The notes beneath the pieces are model-generated. The model saw nothing but the letters and a program-made list of their open reading frames with translations. It searched no databases and was not told the origin of the DNA. The position numbers and the translations under genes were made by a program. Below are positions 54,933 through 64,000 of a DNA stretch of 64,000 bases, piece after piece (within the stretch, counting starts at the first letter, position 1; each line of letters starts with the position of its first letter). This DNA comes from an uncultured Eubacteriales bacterium (GTDB lineage: Bacteria > Bacillota > Clostridia > Christensenellales > UBA1242), in contig CATKYT010000001.1 of NCBI GenBank assembly GCA_949841245.1, forward strand, positions 10,906-74,905, in the 5' to 3' direction.

Positions 54933-56075
54933 ATGAGAAGAAAATGGGTCTTAGCAATTATCTTAGCATTGGTTGTAATTGCTGTTGTCTTGGCAGTTGT
55001 GTTCATCTTTGTTTTGAAAGATAAAGACACCAAAAAGTTGGCAGTGCAATTAAATAAATCAACTACAACTGGCTATTTGGCTGCGTCAAGTGAAGAATAT
55101 AAAGAAATCACAAAATATCTTGATGAAATTTCAATGACTGGAAATACTGGAAATTTAACAGCAAGTCAAATTGCACTTATTAAAAATTATTCAGTGGTAT
55201 ATAAAACAAGTTTAGATGTAAGTGACTTTATAAACAGACAAATGGCATTTACAAAATGGACAAATGTTTATTCTGAAAATGGTGAAAAAGTTGTAAATAA
55301 TTTGAATAATGCTCAAAGAACAGCAGAAAAACTTAAAAAAGACATCATTTCTGACAGAAACATTGCCAATGGAAATGCTGTTACTCTTGCAAATTTGTGG
55401 AATGACAGAGCAAATGATTTTGAAGTTTTAATTGATTACACAACAGACGCTGTTTCAAAACTTGCTGACATTTACACCTCTTGTGTGACATCAAAATCAT
55501 ACAATAACGACCTTACAGAAGTTTTGTTTAATTTCTATAAAGAACAATTAAACAAAACAAAAGAAGAAATGAAAGCAAACAGGGAATCAAAAGGTGACTC
55601 TGTTGCAGAATCTCAAAAACTTGAAAAATATGTTGAAAATTATTTGAAATATTCAAAAGTTAAAACAATAATAACAAGTTATAACAATCAATATGGAATT
55701 TTTAAATCTGGCGAATTGAAAATTATCATTGAAAACTTAAAAGCACAAGGAAACAAATCTTATTATTATAATAAAGTTTTGGATGGCAGTTTGTTTACTG
55801 CTCCAAATGAAAGTTTTACAGCTTCTTTCGACTTAGGTTATGAAGGTGCTGGAAGCATTTCTAATGTTTCATTTAAAAACTATGAAAAAGTCACTTTAAA
55901 TAATCCTGTTCGTGAAGGGTTTAAGTTTACTGGTTGGAAAGTTACTTCTCAATCAGTTGGAACTTGGGTTAAAGACACGGTTTACAATGCAATAGATGGT
56001 GAAAGTTCAATGGTTTTAAATGCTGGCAATGTTGGTAATGTTACTTTAACCGCTTTGTGGCAAGTTGCGGTTTAA
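54933..56075 (+). CDS. membrane-anchored surface protein with C-terminal Listeria-Bacteroides (InlB B-repeat-like) domain
   Basis: ATG 54933 after SD AAAGGGGGA. TM anchor WVLAIILALVVIAVVLAVVFIF. C-terminus VTLNNPVREGFKFTGWKV...VTLTALWQ. Confidence 0.6.
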   Translation: MRRKWVLAIILALVVIAVVLAVVFIFVLKDKDTKKLAVQLNKSTTTGYLAASSEEYKEITKYLDEISMTGNTGNLTASQIALIKNYSVVYKTSLDVSDFINRQMAFTKWTNVYSENGEKVVNNLNNAQRTAEKLKKDIISDRNIANGNAVTLANLWNDRANDFEVLIDYTTDAVSKLADIYTSCVTSKSYNNDLTEVLFNFYKEQLNKTKEEMKANRESKGDSVAESQKLEKYVENYLKYSKVKTIITSYNNQYGIFKSGELKIIIENLKAQGNKSYYYNKVLDGSLFTAPNESFTASFDLGYEGAGSISNVSFKNYEKVTLNNPVREGFKFTGWKVTSQSVGTWVKDTVYNAIDGESSMVLNAGNVGNVTLTALWQVAV

Positions 56076-56099
56076 GCCTAAGTTAAGGGAGGAAAGATT

Positions 56100-57278
56100 A
56101 TGAAAAAATTTAAAGGTGCTTTGTTAAGTTTGGTGCTTTGCATGTGCTTCATTGTTCCAGTGTTTATTTTCTCTGGTTGTGGAGTAGATGCCGAAACTGT
56201 AAACAATTCTTTAAAAGAACTTTCAAAAGTTATAACTTCAAATTCAACTGTTTTTGTGGAAGGTTATGTTGACCCAGAAGTTAAACTTATCTCAAATGAA
56301 AACGAAGAACAAGAGCAAAATTTCCAAATTGTTGAAAATTCAGGAATACTTACTAAGTTTAAAATTGTTTTGGGAAACAACTTAGACAAAGCAGTTAAGG
56401 ACGAAATAGAACATAAAATTTCTTATGGCTATGAAGAACTTGACAGAAAATATAATGTTATTTTTGCTTTTGCAAATGAATTTATTGAAACTTACAAAGT
56501 TTATCTTCCAAAAAAAGATGATAAATTGACTGATGAAACTAAAAATTGTCTTAACATTTTAAACGAAGAAATTAAAGTTTACATTGAAACAGTTGAAGAA
56601 TTTTTAAAGCAAAGAAAGACAACTGATAACTATTACAACACAACCGATTTTGAAATTACAACTGGACTGAGAGCATTGGAAAGAAGTTATGGTGCAATGA
56701 TTGAAAAAGCAGTGAGCGTTTCTGGTGCTTTGGCAGATGTTTTGGAAGCAAACAACATCATAAATTATTTAAAAGAATTTAACGCTACAAGTGACAGAAC
56801 AATGATTGTAGAAGGTTTTGTAAGAGCAAAACTCCTTCCAGTTTACAGCACATTTATGCTTAGTGAAATCAAAAACAAAATTTGGTGGGAGTCAACAATT
56901 GATGAAGATGGTTCAACAAAAGCAAAAATTACAACTTTGATTTCAAAACTTGAAGAATCATTCAATTCATTTAAAAATTATGTTAAAAAATCGACAATCA
57001 CAGAAGATAAAACTGACAAAGATGTTTTTGAAGCAGTGGAATTAAAACCATTGGTGGAAAATTTGGTCAATGTGTTTGTCGTGGATGCAGAACAATATGA
57101 AACTGCATTGAAAGAACTTAATATTCAAAAACTTTCCGTTGAATATAAAAATGATTTGGCAAAATATGTCAAAGAAAGCAACGCGTTTGCACAAACATAT
57201 CTTGATAAAATTGAAGACTTTCTTTATTTAATTTTGGGTCAATTCCAAAATGATTTCTATGGACAAGTTTTGGTTTAA
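56100..57278 (+). CDS. lipoprotein, helical, unknown function
   Basis: Lipobox IFSGC and SD GGGAGG. Confidence 0.65.
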   Translation: MKKFKGALLSLVLCMCFIVPVFIFSGCGVDAETVNNSLKELSKVITSNSTVFVEGYVDPEVKLISNENEEQEQNFQIVENSGILTKFKIVLGNNLDKAVKDEIEHKISYGYEELDRKYNVIFAFANEFIETYKVYLPKKDDKLTDETKNCLNILNEEIKVYIETVEEFLKQRKTTDNYYNTTDFEITTGLRALERSYGAMIEKAVSVSGALADVLEANNIINYLKEFNATSDRTMIVEGFVRAKLLPVYSTFMLSEIKNKIWWESTIDEDGSTKAKITTLISKLEESFNSFKNYVKKSTITEDKTDKDVFEAVELKPLVENLVNVFVVDAEQYETALKELNIQKLSVEYKNDLAKYVKESNAFAQTYLDKIEDFLYLILGQFQNDFYGQVLV

Positions 57279-57284
57279 TATTTT

Positions 57285-58928
57285 TTGAAGGTGGTTATGG
57301 ATTTTTTAAAGTTGGCTGATTTATTGTTTCCTGACAATAAACTTACAGTTTCTGAAATTGAAAAAACATATAAAAAAAGAGAATTAAAAACGGGTGCAGA
57401 AGTCACCCGTTTTGCACCAAGTCCAACGGGTTATATGCATTTGGGCGGTTTTTTTCAGGCATTAATTGATTGCAACATTGCAAGACACAGCGATGGTGTG
57501 TTTTATTTGCGTATTGAAGACACCGACCAAAAGCGGGAAATTGCAGGTGCAAGTGCCATAATTTTGGGTATATTGCACGATTATGACCTTATGCCAAATG
57601 AATATCAACTTAAAGGCGGAGTCACTGTTGGTGAATATGGTCCTTATTATCAAACCGAAAGAGTGGAAATTTATAAAGCTTATGCAAAGAAACTTGTAAG
57701 CGAAGGAAAAGCCTTTCCATGTTTTTGTCGCAAAACAGAAGGTCTTTCTGATGTCTTGGAAAACAGAGAGAAAAAATTTGCTGTTGGCATTGTTGAAGAA
57801 AAAGATCCTTGCAGAAATTTGACAATTGAACAGATTGAACAGAATTTAAAGGAAGGCAAAAAGTTTGCCATTAGATTAAAATCAGAAAATGATGGAACTC
57901 ACAAAATTAAGTTGCATGATTATTTAAGGGGAGAAATTGAAATTCAAGAAAACAGCAAAGACGCAATCTTGCTTAAAGACAATTTAATTCCAACCTATCA
58001 TTTTGCACATGCCATTGATGACACTCTTATGGGAACAACAACAGTAATTCGTGGAGAAGAATGGATTGCTTCATTTCCACTGCATAAAGAAATTTTTGAT
58101 GCTCTTGGATTTGTTCAACCAAAATACATTCATTCGCCATTGTTGTATAAGTTTGATGAACAAGGAAATAAAATCAAACTTTCTAAGCGTAAACATCCAG
58201 AGGCAGATATGCGCTATTTTGACAAAGAAGGTTATGTAAAGCAATCTGTTGTGGAATATTTATTCAACATTATAAATTCGAATTTCGAAGTCTGGCGAAA
58301 GAATAATCCTTTGGCGGACTTGTCAGAATTTCCTTTTGATGGCTTCAACATTACGGCAAATACTCCAATTTTTGACATTGTTAAACTCAATGATGTTTCA
58401 AAAGAGATTATTTCAAAATACACAGCAGATGAATGTTATCGCGGACTTTTAAATTGGGCAAAAGAATATTCTTTGGAAAATGTTGATTATTTAATTAAAA
58501 ACAAAGAATATGTCACAAAGGTTTTAAACATAGATCGTGAAAAACCTAAACCAAGAAAAGATATTTATAAGTGGAGCATGTTTTTTGACTTGTTTGATTA
58601 CATGTTTGGCGCACCAAAATCTTTTGAAATTGAAGAAAACGAGCAAAAAGATTTTGAAGAAGTAATCAAAAGTTATAAAGATTTTCTTGACCTTTCTTCC
58701 AAAGAAGTTTGGTTTGAAAAAGTTAAAGCAATGGCAGACGAACTTGGATATGCAACAGACAATAAAGATTTCAAGGCTAATCCTGAAAAATATAAAGGAA
58801 ATGTTGCAAAATTATGTGAATTTATAAGAATTGCAATCACTGGAAGGAAAAATTCTCCGGATTTATATGAAATTATGAGCCTTTTAGGAGAGAAAAAAGT
58901 GATTGAAAGACTTTCACAATTTGCTTAA
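57285..58928 (+). CDS. gltX: glutamate--tRNA ligase (start either TTG 57285 or ATG 57297)
   Basis: RFAPSPTGYMHLGG (HIGH), LRIEDTDQKRE and KLSKRK (KMSKS). Confidence 0.9.
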   Translation: MKVVMDFLKLADLLFPDNKLTVSEIEKTYKKRELKTGAEVTRFAPSPTGYMHLGGFFQALIDCNIARHSDGVFYLRIEDTDQKREIAGASAIILGILHDYDLMPNEYQLKGGVTVGEYGPYYQTERVEIYKAYAKKLVSEGKAFPCFCRKTEGLSDVLENREKKFAVGIVEEKDPCRNLTIEQIEQNLKEGKKFAIRLKSENDGTHKIKLHDYLRGEIEIQENSKDAILLKDNLIPTYHFAHAIDDTLMGTTTVIRGEEWIASFPLHKEIFDALGFVQPKYIHSPLLYKFDEQGNKIKLSKRKHPEADMRYFDKEGYVKQSVVEYLFNIINSNFEVWRKNNPLADLSEFPFDGFNITANTPIFDIVKLNDVSKEIISKYTADECYRGLLNWAKEYSLENVDYLIKNKEYVTKVLNIDREKPKPRKDIYKWSMFFDLFDYMFGAPKSFEIEENEQKDFEEVIKSYKDFLDLSSKEVWFEKVKAMADELGYATDNKDFKANPEKYKGNVAKLCEFIRIAITGRKNSPDLYEIMSLLGEKKVIERLSQFA

Positions 58929-58976
58929 ATTTTTGTCTGTCGTTTAAATATTGAAATTTATTGAGTGGAGAAAATT

Positions 58977-60035
58977 ATGAAAAAGATTATATTAACAGGC
59001 GACAGACCTACTGGAAACTTGCATATTGGTCATTATGTTGGTTCGGTTGCAAACAGATTGAAAATGCAAGAGAAAAACGATTATGAAAAATTTTACATTA
59101 TGATTGCTGACACTCAGGCGCTTACAGACAATGCCGACAATGTTGATAAAGTTAAAAACAGTGTCATTCAAGTGGCACTTGATTATTTGGCTTGCGGAAT
59201 TGACCCTAAACGCGTCAACATTTTTATTCAATCACAAGTTCCAGAACTTGCTGAAATGACGATGTATTTCATGAACTTGGTGACTTATGCAAGGCTTGTT
59301 CGAAATCCTACTGTGAAAGAAGAAATAAAACAAAAAGAATTTGGAAGTTCTATTCCCGTTGGGTTTATGTGCTATCCAATAAGCCAAGCAAGTGATATTG
59401 TTGCTTTTGGCACAACTTGTTTGCCTGTTGGTGAAGACCAACTTCCAATGGTGGAACAAACTCGTGAAATTGTAAGAAGTTTCAACAATGCTTATGGCGA
59501 AGTGTTGACCCTTCCGGATGCTGTTCTTCCAGACAACAAAGCATGTCGTCGTCTTGTTGGAACTGATGGTAATGCAAAAATGGGGAAATCACTTGGAAAT
59601 TGCATTTATTTGAAAGACGAGCCAGAAGTGATTAAACAGAAAGTCATGAGCGCATACACTGACCCTGAACACATCAAAGTAAGTGACCCTGGTAAAGTGG
59701 AAGGAAATGTTGTTTTTGCTTATCTCGATGCTTTTGCCACTGATGAAAGTTTCTCTAAATTTCTTCCAGAATATAAAAATTTGGAAGAACTTAAAGCACA
59801 TTACAGAAAAGGCGGACTTGGAGATGTAAAGATTAAACTTTTCTTAAACAATGTGTTGCAAGAACTTTTACAGCCAATCAGAGAGAAGCGTAAACAATTG
59901 GAAAAAAACATAGATGAAATCTATGAAATGCTTTTTGAAAATGGCAGAAAAGCCAGAGAAGTTGCATCAGAAACTTTAAGAAAAATGAAAGATGCAATGG
60001 GCTTAAATTATGAAAAATTTTTAAAATCTAAATAA
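58977..60035 (+). CDS. trpS: tryptophan--tRNA ligase
   Basis: TGDRPTGNLHIGHYVG (HIGH-type) and KMGKSLGN (KMSKS). Start is ATG 58977, 6 nt after GGAG. Confidence 0.9.
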   Translation: MKKIILTGDRPTGNLHIGHYVGSVANRLKMQEKNDYEKFYIMIADTQALTDNADNVDKVKNSVIQVALDYLACGIDPKRVNIFIQSQVPELAEMTMYFMNLVTYARLVRNPTVKEEIKQKEFGSSIPVGFMCYPISQASDIVAFGTTCLPVGEDQLPMVEQTREIVRSFNNAYGEVLTLPDAVLPDNKACRRLVGTDGNAKMGKSLGNCIYLKDEPEVIKQKVMSAYTDPEHIKVSDPGKVEGNVVFAYLDAFATDESFSKFLPEYKNLEELKAHYRKGGLGDVKIKLFLNNVLQELLQPIREKRKQLEKNIDEIYEMLFENGRKAREVASETLRKMKDAMGLNYEKFLKSK

Positions 60036-60048
60036 AAAACTTAAAAAA

Positions 60049-60079
60049 CGCAAAAAAACAATCTTTTTTGTGTTTTTTT
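60049..60079 (+). terminator. rho-independent terminator of trpS
   Basis: Stem cgcaaaaaa / ttttttgtg followed by T7. Confidence 0.45.
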
Positions 60080-60180
60080 ATTAAAATTAATTAAGATTTA
60101 CATTATTAAAATTTATTTTTTTATGCTGAAATTCTTTTATTTATATATATTATAATAATATATATATTTTTTAAATTTAC

Positions 60181-60210
60181 TTGCTTAAAAGTTTACATTT
60201 TTAGTATAAT
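60181..60210 (+). promoter_or_regulatory. putative promoter TTGCTT-18-TATAAT
   Basis: TTGCTT at 60181..60186 and TATAAT at 60205..60210, upstream of the 60264 ORF. Confidence 0.4.
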
Positions 60211-60263
60211 ATTATTAGATTAAAATAAAGACAGGATAATCGCTTTGCAAAGGGAGTAAGGTA

Positions 60264-63200
60264 TTGAAAAACAAATTGCTTTATGGACTTTTTGTCTTTA
60301 TATTTGCAGTGTGTGGAATGCTTGGATTTGTCAATTTCCAAGCATCTTCTGTCTATGCTTCCAGTCCATCAGCAGATGTTTGGGATGGCAAATATGCAAC
60401 AAGCGTGACTTACGAAGATTTTTACAAAGATGAAGTTTTGAAAACAGTTTACATACGCAGTTCAGTTGGGTTTTCTTATTTTGCAAACAGTGTGACAAAT
60501 GAAAATGTTTCGTTTAAAAATTATGATGTCTATTTGGAAACAGACATTGATTTAAATTCGAAAATTTGGACCCCAATTGGAAACGACACAAACGCTTTTG
60601 AAGGGAATTTCCATGGTCAAGGGCATTACATATACAATTTAAAAATTGACAATTCGTCCGACAGTGCAATTAAGAATGTCGGACTGTTTGCGTCTTTAAA
60701 AGGTGATGTTGCAACCATTTCAAATTTGCATATAAGCAAAATAAATTTTAATGTAAGCGGTGCTGATTATGTTGGCGCTTTGGTGGCAAAAATGTCAGGT
60801 GGGGCTTCCAGCGGAATTGAAAATTGTTCTGTTGATGGTCAAATTATTACCACCACTTGCAACAAAGTTGGCGGACTTATTGGTGGCGGAACATTAAGAT
60901 ATTTAAGAAATGTAAAAAGTGAAGTTAAAATAACTTTGGATTCAATGGCAAATTATTTTGGAAGCACTTTCTTAAATTCTTGCGTAGGTGGAATAATTGG
61001 CGAATTGGAAAATTCTTCTTTTCAAACTGAAATCAGTTTGACTTCCAGCCATGGCAACATAAGAACCAAAAACTCTTATGGGAAAGTTGGTGGACTTGTT
61101 GGTTTAATTTCAAACAATGCTGAAATTAAAAATTGCTATAATGCAACCAATGTAACTGGCATAAATAATGACAATTATTTAGGTGGACTTGTTGGTTTAA
61201 ACAACGCTTCACTTACTTTGGCTTCATCTTATAATTCTGGATTTGTGCAAAATGCTCGAACTGCTTCTGACAACCTTTCAGAATTTTATGTTGGTGGGCT
61301 TGTGGCATTTTCTGCTGGCACTCTTACAATTTCAAATTGTTTTAATGCAACATTGGTTAAAGCAACCTATGAAAATGGAACTTTGACAGAAGCGAATGCA
61401 AATTCAAACAATCTTTATTACGGCTTGGCAAATGCTTCCAATGTTTGGTATGATTCTGACAACAAAATGCCAAATGACAGTAAAGCCATTTACAATTTGA
61501 AAGAACTTGCAAAAACAAGTGGATTCTTTGCCAATGAAAATTATTGGTCGGCGGATGCATGGGATTTTAACGATGTTTGGAAAATTTCAAATGGTGTAAA
61601 TGGAAGTTATCCTTATTTGGTTGCAAACACTTTTGTTAACAATGACAACTCAGCCAATTTGCAAGGAGAAGGAACAAAAGAAAATCCTTATTTAATTAAG
61701 ACAGTTGCTGACTTGCAATATTTGAATTCAACATTGGGAAGTTCACAAAGTTTTTATTATTCATTGACAAATGATTTGGATTTGTCAGGAAATAAAATTT
61801 GGATTCCAATAGGTTATTCAACACCTTTCAGCGGTGTTTTTGATGGTAATGGTCACACAATTTATGGCTTAAATTCTTCTTTAAATGCTCAGTTTGGAGC
61901 AACAGGGCTTTTTGGTTATACACAAGATGCGGTTATTAAAAATTTAACCATTGCTGATTTCATTTATGTTGACTCAACAAACAATCCAGAACGAGTTGGC
62001 AATTTGATTGGCCGTGTTTCTGGGACAACATATGTTATAAACTGCAAAGACAAATCAAACACAGATAAAAACACTGTGGGAGAAGTTTTGGACAATTCTT
62101 TGAAAGTTTTTGCTGGAAAAAACAATTTAAATGCAAATGATGAAATTGAAACAACTACTGTTAAAGGAATTGATAACTTTTTTGGATATGATTTAACAAT
62201 CTATGGACAAGGCGGAACATTTTTCAATTCGTCTTCTGTTTCTTATAAAGGTGACTATCATGTCTTGGTTGACACAAATAAAATGCTTGTTAATATAAGT
62301 GATTTAGATGACACCTTTGGACAAGGCGGGAACGGATCATTCTTGCCTGTTAAAACAATTGACAGAGATGAAAACTCTGATTATGTCATTTATGCTGGAC
62401 ATGAACTTAAACAATATTATTACAAAGACGAAAATTCACAAAGTGGCGTTGAAACTGTTGATGTTCTAAATATGGATATTGATGGAAAAGTTGTTTCTGG
62501 AATTTATGCGGATTTTAAAACTGAACAGAAAACAGTTACAATTGATTACAACAGTTATGAAATTGCAAATTTCAGTGCAACACAACAATACAGCAAAGAT
62601 TTTAAAGTGGATTTTGACACTTACCTTTACAACAATAAAGAAGTTTTTGACACCACAGATGCAGGGCTGTCAAATAGATTGAAACTTTTGGATTTGGAAT
62701 TTTATTTGGATGCAGACTTCCAAGAGTTGGTTTATTCTGTTCGTGAAATAAGCGAAGGAGTTTTTGAAAGAAAACTTGACGACAAAGGAAATAATGACCG
62801 ACTTGTTAATTCTGACATGACGATTTATGCCAAATGGGTTGCAAAGAGTTGTGTAACTGCAGAATCAACAAAAACGGTGGCAGTTCGTTTCAACAAAGTT
62901 GACAACGAAACTTATGACAATTTCAACATTGTCGATGCTGTTAAAAGAATTGCTTTGTTTGAAAGTGGTTCTTCAACTGCAATCAAAGCATTTGAATCCA
63001 CACAAATTAAAGAATACAGTGAAATTGATGGTGTAGTTACATTTCTTTTAGAAGTTAAAACCAATCGTTCTGATTTGTTTGACAACTTTAAAGAAGTTCA
63101 AGTGGAATTGTTTGAAGGTTTCAGTGTTTCAGGTGACACAGTTGTTTCTTACACATCTCCTGACGACAGATTTGGAAATCTTAAATTTAATAATAAAAAT

Positions 63201-64000
63201 TTGACAGTTACAATGTTTAACTTGCTTGCTGATGCAGTGATTGACATTACATTGCAAGTAAGCGAAATAAGCAATTTATTAAACATTGACACTGACTTAT
63301 ACATGGCTTTGGCTCCTGAAATGCAAGTTTCCAAAGATGGAGTATGGATTTATACAAATGGCGTCTATCAAAAGGCAGAAAATGTTTTAGGGCTTGGTGA
63401 AAACGCTTATGAAGGACTTTATTTTGGTTATGATTTTGTTAAAAAGACATTCCTAACTTCCAAAGATGGGGAAAATTGGGCAGATAAGGTTGACGCACCA
63501 AATTCTGTGTTTAATTTGTCAAATGGAAATTATTGCATTTATGTGAGATATGGAATTGGGTCTTCTGCAAAATATTTTTGTTATGAATACAACTATACTT
63601 CAAATAACTGGACTTGCTCACTTTTTGAATGTCAATCTGATCGCACAAGACTTGGAATGTTGGTTCGCTTAAATAATTTGTCAGGAACAAATGTCACTGG
63701 AAGCAATTTGCCAACATGCAATTACATTAAAGATATTTCAACGATTTCCAGACTTTCAAGTTCAGAATTTATCATTCTTGTTTCCACAGAAGATGAAACA
63801 AAAGTCATTGTTGATTTTACAAATTTTCAAGATGTTGCTTCTGACACAATCAACACTAAATTTATTGTAGTGTCAGAAACCAACAACCAACCTAACAAAC
63901 TTATGACTGTGTTTAAACAAAACACTTCTTTCAAAGAAATTTTAAACTTTAAAACACTTTATACAGAAGCATACTTTTCTTTTGGTTTTGCCACTTACAA
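60264..64000 (+). CDS. N-terminal part of another giant secreted surface protein with two GLUG-type modules; the 3' end lies beyond the window
   Basis: Not in the ORF track because no stop occurs inside the window. I read the frame from TTG 60264 (7 nt after GGGAG) to nt 64000 without a stop. Signal peptide LKNKLLYGLFVFIFAVCGMLGFVNFQASSVYA. Motifs FEGNFHGQGHYIYNL, VGGLIGG, VGGLVGL, GGLVGL, then GEGTKENPYLIKTVADLQYL...FSGVFDGNGHTIYGL. Confidence 0.75.
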   Translation, partial: MKNKLLYGLFVFIFAVCGMLGFVNFQASSVYASSPSADVWDGKYATSVTYEDFYKDEVLKTVYIRSSVGFSYFANSVTNENVSFKNYDVYLETDIDLNSKIWTPIGNDTNAFEGNFHGQGHYIYNLKIDNSSDSAIKNVGLFASLKGDVATISNLHISKINFNVSGADYVGALVAKMSGGASSGIENCSVDGQIITTTCNKVGGLIGGGTLRYLRNVKSEVKITLDSMANYFGSTFLNSCVGGIIGELENSSFQTEISLTSSHGNIRTKNSYGKVGGLVGLISNNAEIKNCYNATNVTGINNDNYLGGLVGLNNASLTLASSYNSGFVQNARTASDNLSEFYVGGLVAFSAGTLTISNCFNATLVKATYENGTLTEANANSNNLYYGLANASNVWYDSDNKMPNDSKAIYNLKELAKTSGFFANENYWSADAWDFNDVWKISNGVNGSYPYLVANTFVNNDNSANLQGEGTKENPYLIKTVADLQYLNSTLGSSQSFYYSLTNDLDLSGNKIWIPIGYSTPFSGVFDGNGHTIYGLNSSLNAQFGATGLFGYTQDAVIKNLTIADFIYVDSTNNPERVGNLIGRVSGTTYVINCKDKSNTDKNTVGEVLDNSLKVFAGKNNLNANDEIETTTVKGIDNFFGYDLTIYGQGGTFFNSSSVSYKGDYHVLVDTNKMLVNISDLDDTFGQGGNGSFLPVKTIDRDENSDYVIYAGHELKQYYYKDENSQSGVETVDVLNMDIDGKVVSGIYADFKTEQKTVTIDYNSYEIANFSATQQYSKDFKVDFDTYLYNNKEVFDTTDAGLSNRLKLLDLEFYLDADFQELVYSVREISEGVFERKLDDKGNNDRLVNSDMTIYAKWVAKSCVTAESTKTVAVRFNKVDNETYDNFNIVDAVKRIALFESGSSTAIKAFESTQIKEYSEIDGVVTFLLEVKTNRSDLFDNFKEVQVELFEGFSVSGDTVVSYTSPDDRFGNLKFNNKNLTVTMFNLLADAVIDITLQVSEISNLLNIDTDLYMALAPEMQVSKDGVWIYTNGVYQKAENVLGLGENAYEGLYFGYDFVKKTFLTSKDGENWADKVDAPNSVFNLSNGNYCIYVRYGIGSSAKYFCYEYNYTSNNWTCSLFECQSDRTRLGMLVRLNNLSGTNVTGSNLPTCNYIKDISTISRLSSSEFIILVSTEDETKVIVDFTNFQDVASDTINTKFIVVSETNNQPNKLMTVFKQNTSFKEILNFKTLYTEAYFSFGFATY

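Noticed and set aside
1-64000. Looked for CRISPR arrays, rRNA genes, transposases/IS elements, prophage structural genes and Mycoplasma-type code-4 usage.
   Set aside because: None seen. There are no regularly spaced direct repeats, no rRNA-like GC-rich blocks, and no DDE or serine/tyrosine recombinase motifs in any listed ORF. TGA clearly terminates several well-defined genes, for example the rluA-family gene at 38270..38272 and the small protein ending at 53552..53554.

Overview
Visibly AT-rich chromosomal segment that uses the standard bacterial code (TGA serves as a stop). It looks Firmicutes-type: strong AGGAGG-like ribosome-binding sites, many near-consensus TTGACA-17-TATAAT promoters, and a yabP-yabQ-divIC cluster that points to an endospore-former, Clostridia-like. 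Housekeeping genes I recognise are cls, metK behind a SAM-I riboswitch, mscL, pflB-pflA, cvpA, an rluA-family gene, typA, dnaB, gltX, trpS, a heterodimeric ABC exporter pair, tRNA-Arg(UCG) and tRNA-Cys(GCA). There is also a small set of nucleotide/DNA-damage genes. The accessory content is unusual. (1) A tightly packed seven-gene operon (20591..28437) encodes a YdjI-like SPFH protein with zinc ribbons, two ESCRT-III/Snf7-like proteins, a MIT-AAA+ Vps4-like ATPase, and a 1263-aa protein with a cytoplasmic zinc ribbon and helical repeats, three TM helices and an extracellular GLUG-type domain. This eukaryote/archaea-style ESCRT-III plus Vps4 module in a bacterial context is my top candidate for a previously undescribed system. 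(2) A G10 homopolymer forms the 17-nt spacer of a perfect TTGACA/TATAAT promoter in front of a small surface/membrane protein gene, which is a classic phase-variation architecture. A second G9 tract sits inside a HAD nucleotidase gene. (3) There are giant surface proteins: a 3796-aa ORF, plus one ORF truncated at each window edge. The 3' one (60264..64000) is missing from the supplied ORF track. These share a GLUG-type module with the operon's membrane protein. (4) Further items are an orphan VirD4/TraG-type coupling protein next to tRNA-Arg, a frameshifted ASCH gene, a tandem-repeat Cys-rich mini-protein, a 3-copy intergenic repeat family and a GC-rich structured non-coding island. All functional calls come from reading motifs in the translations; no database search was possible.
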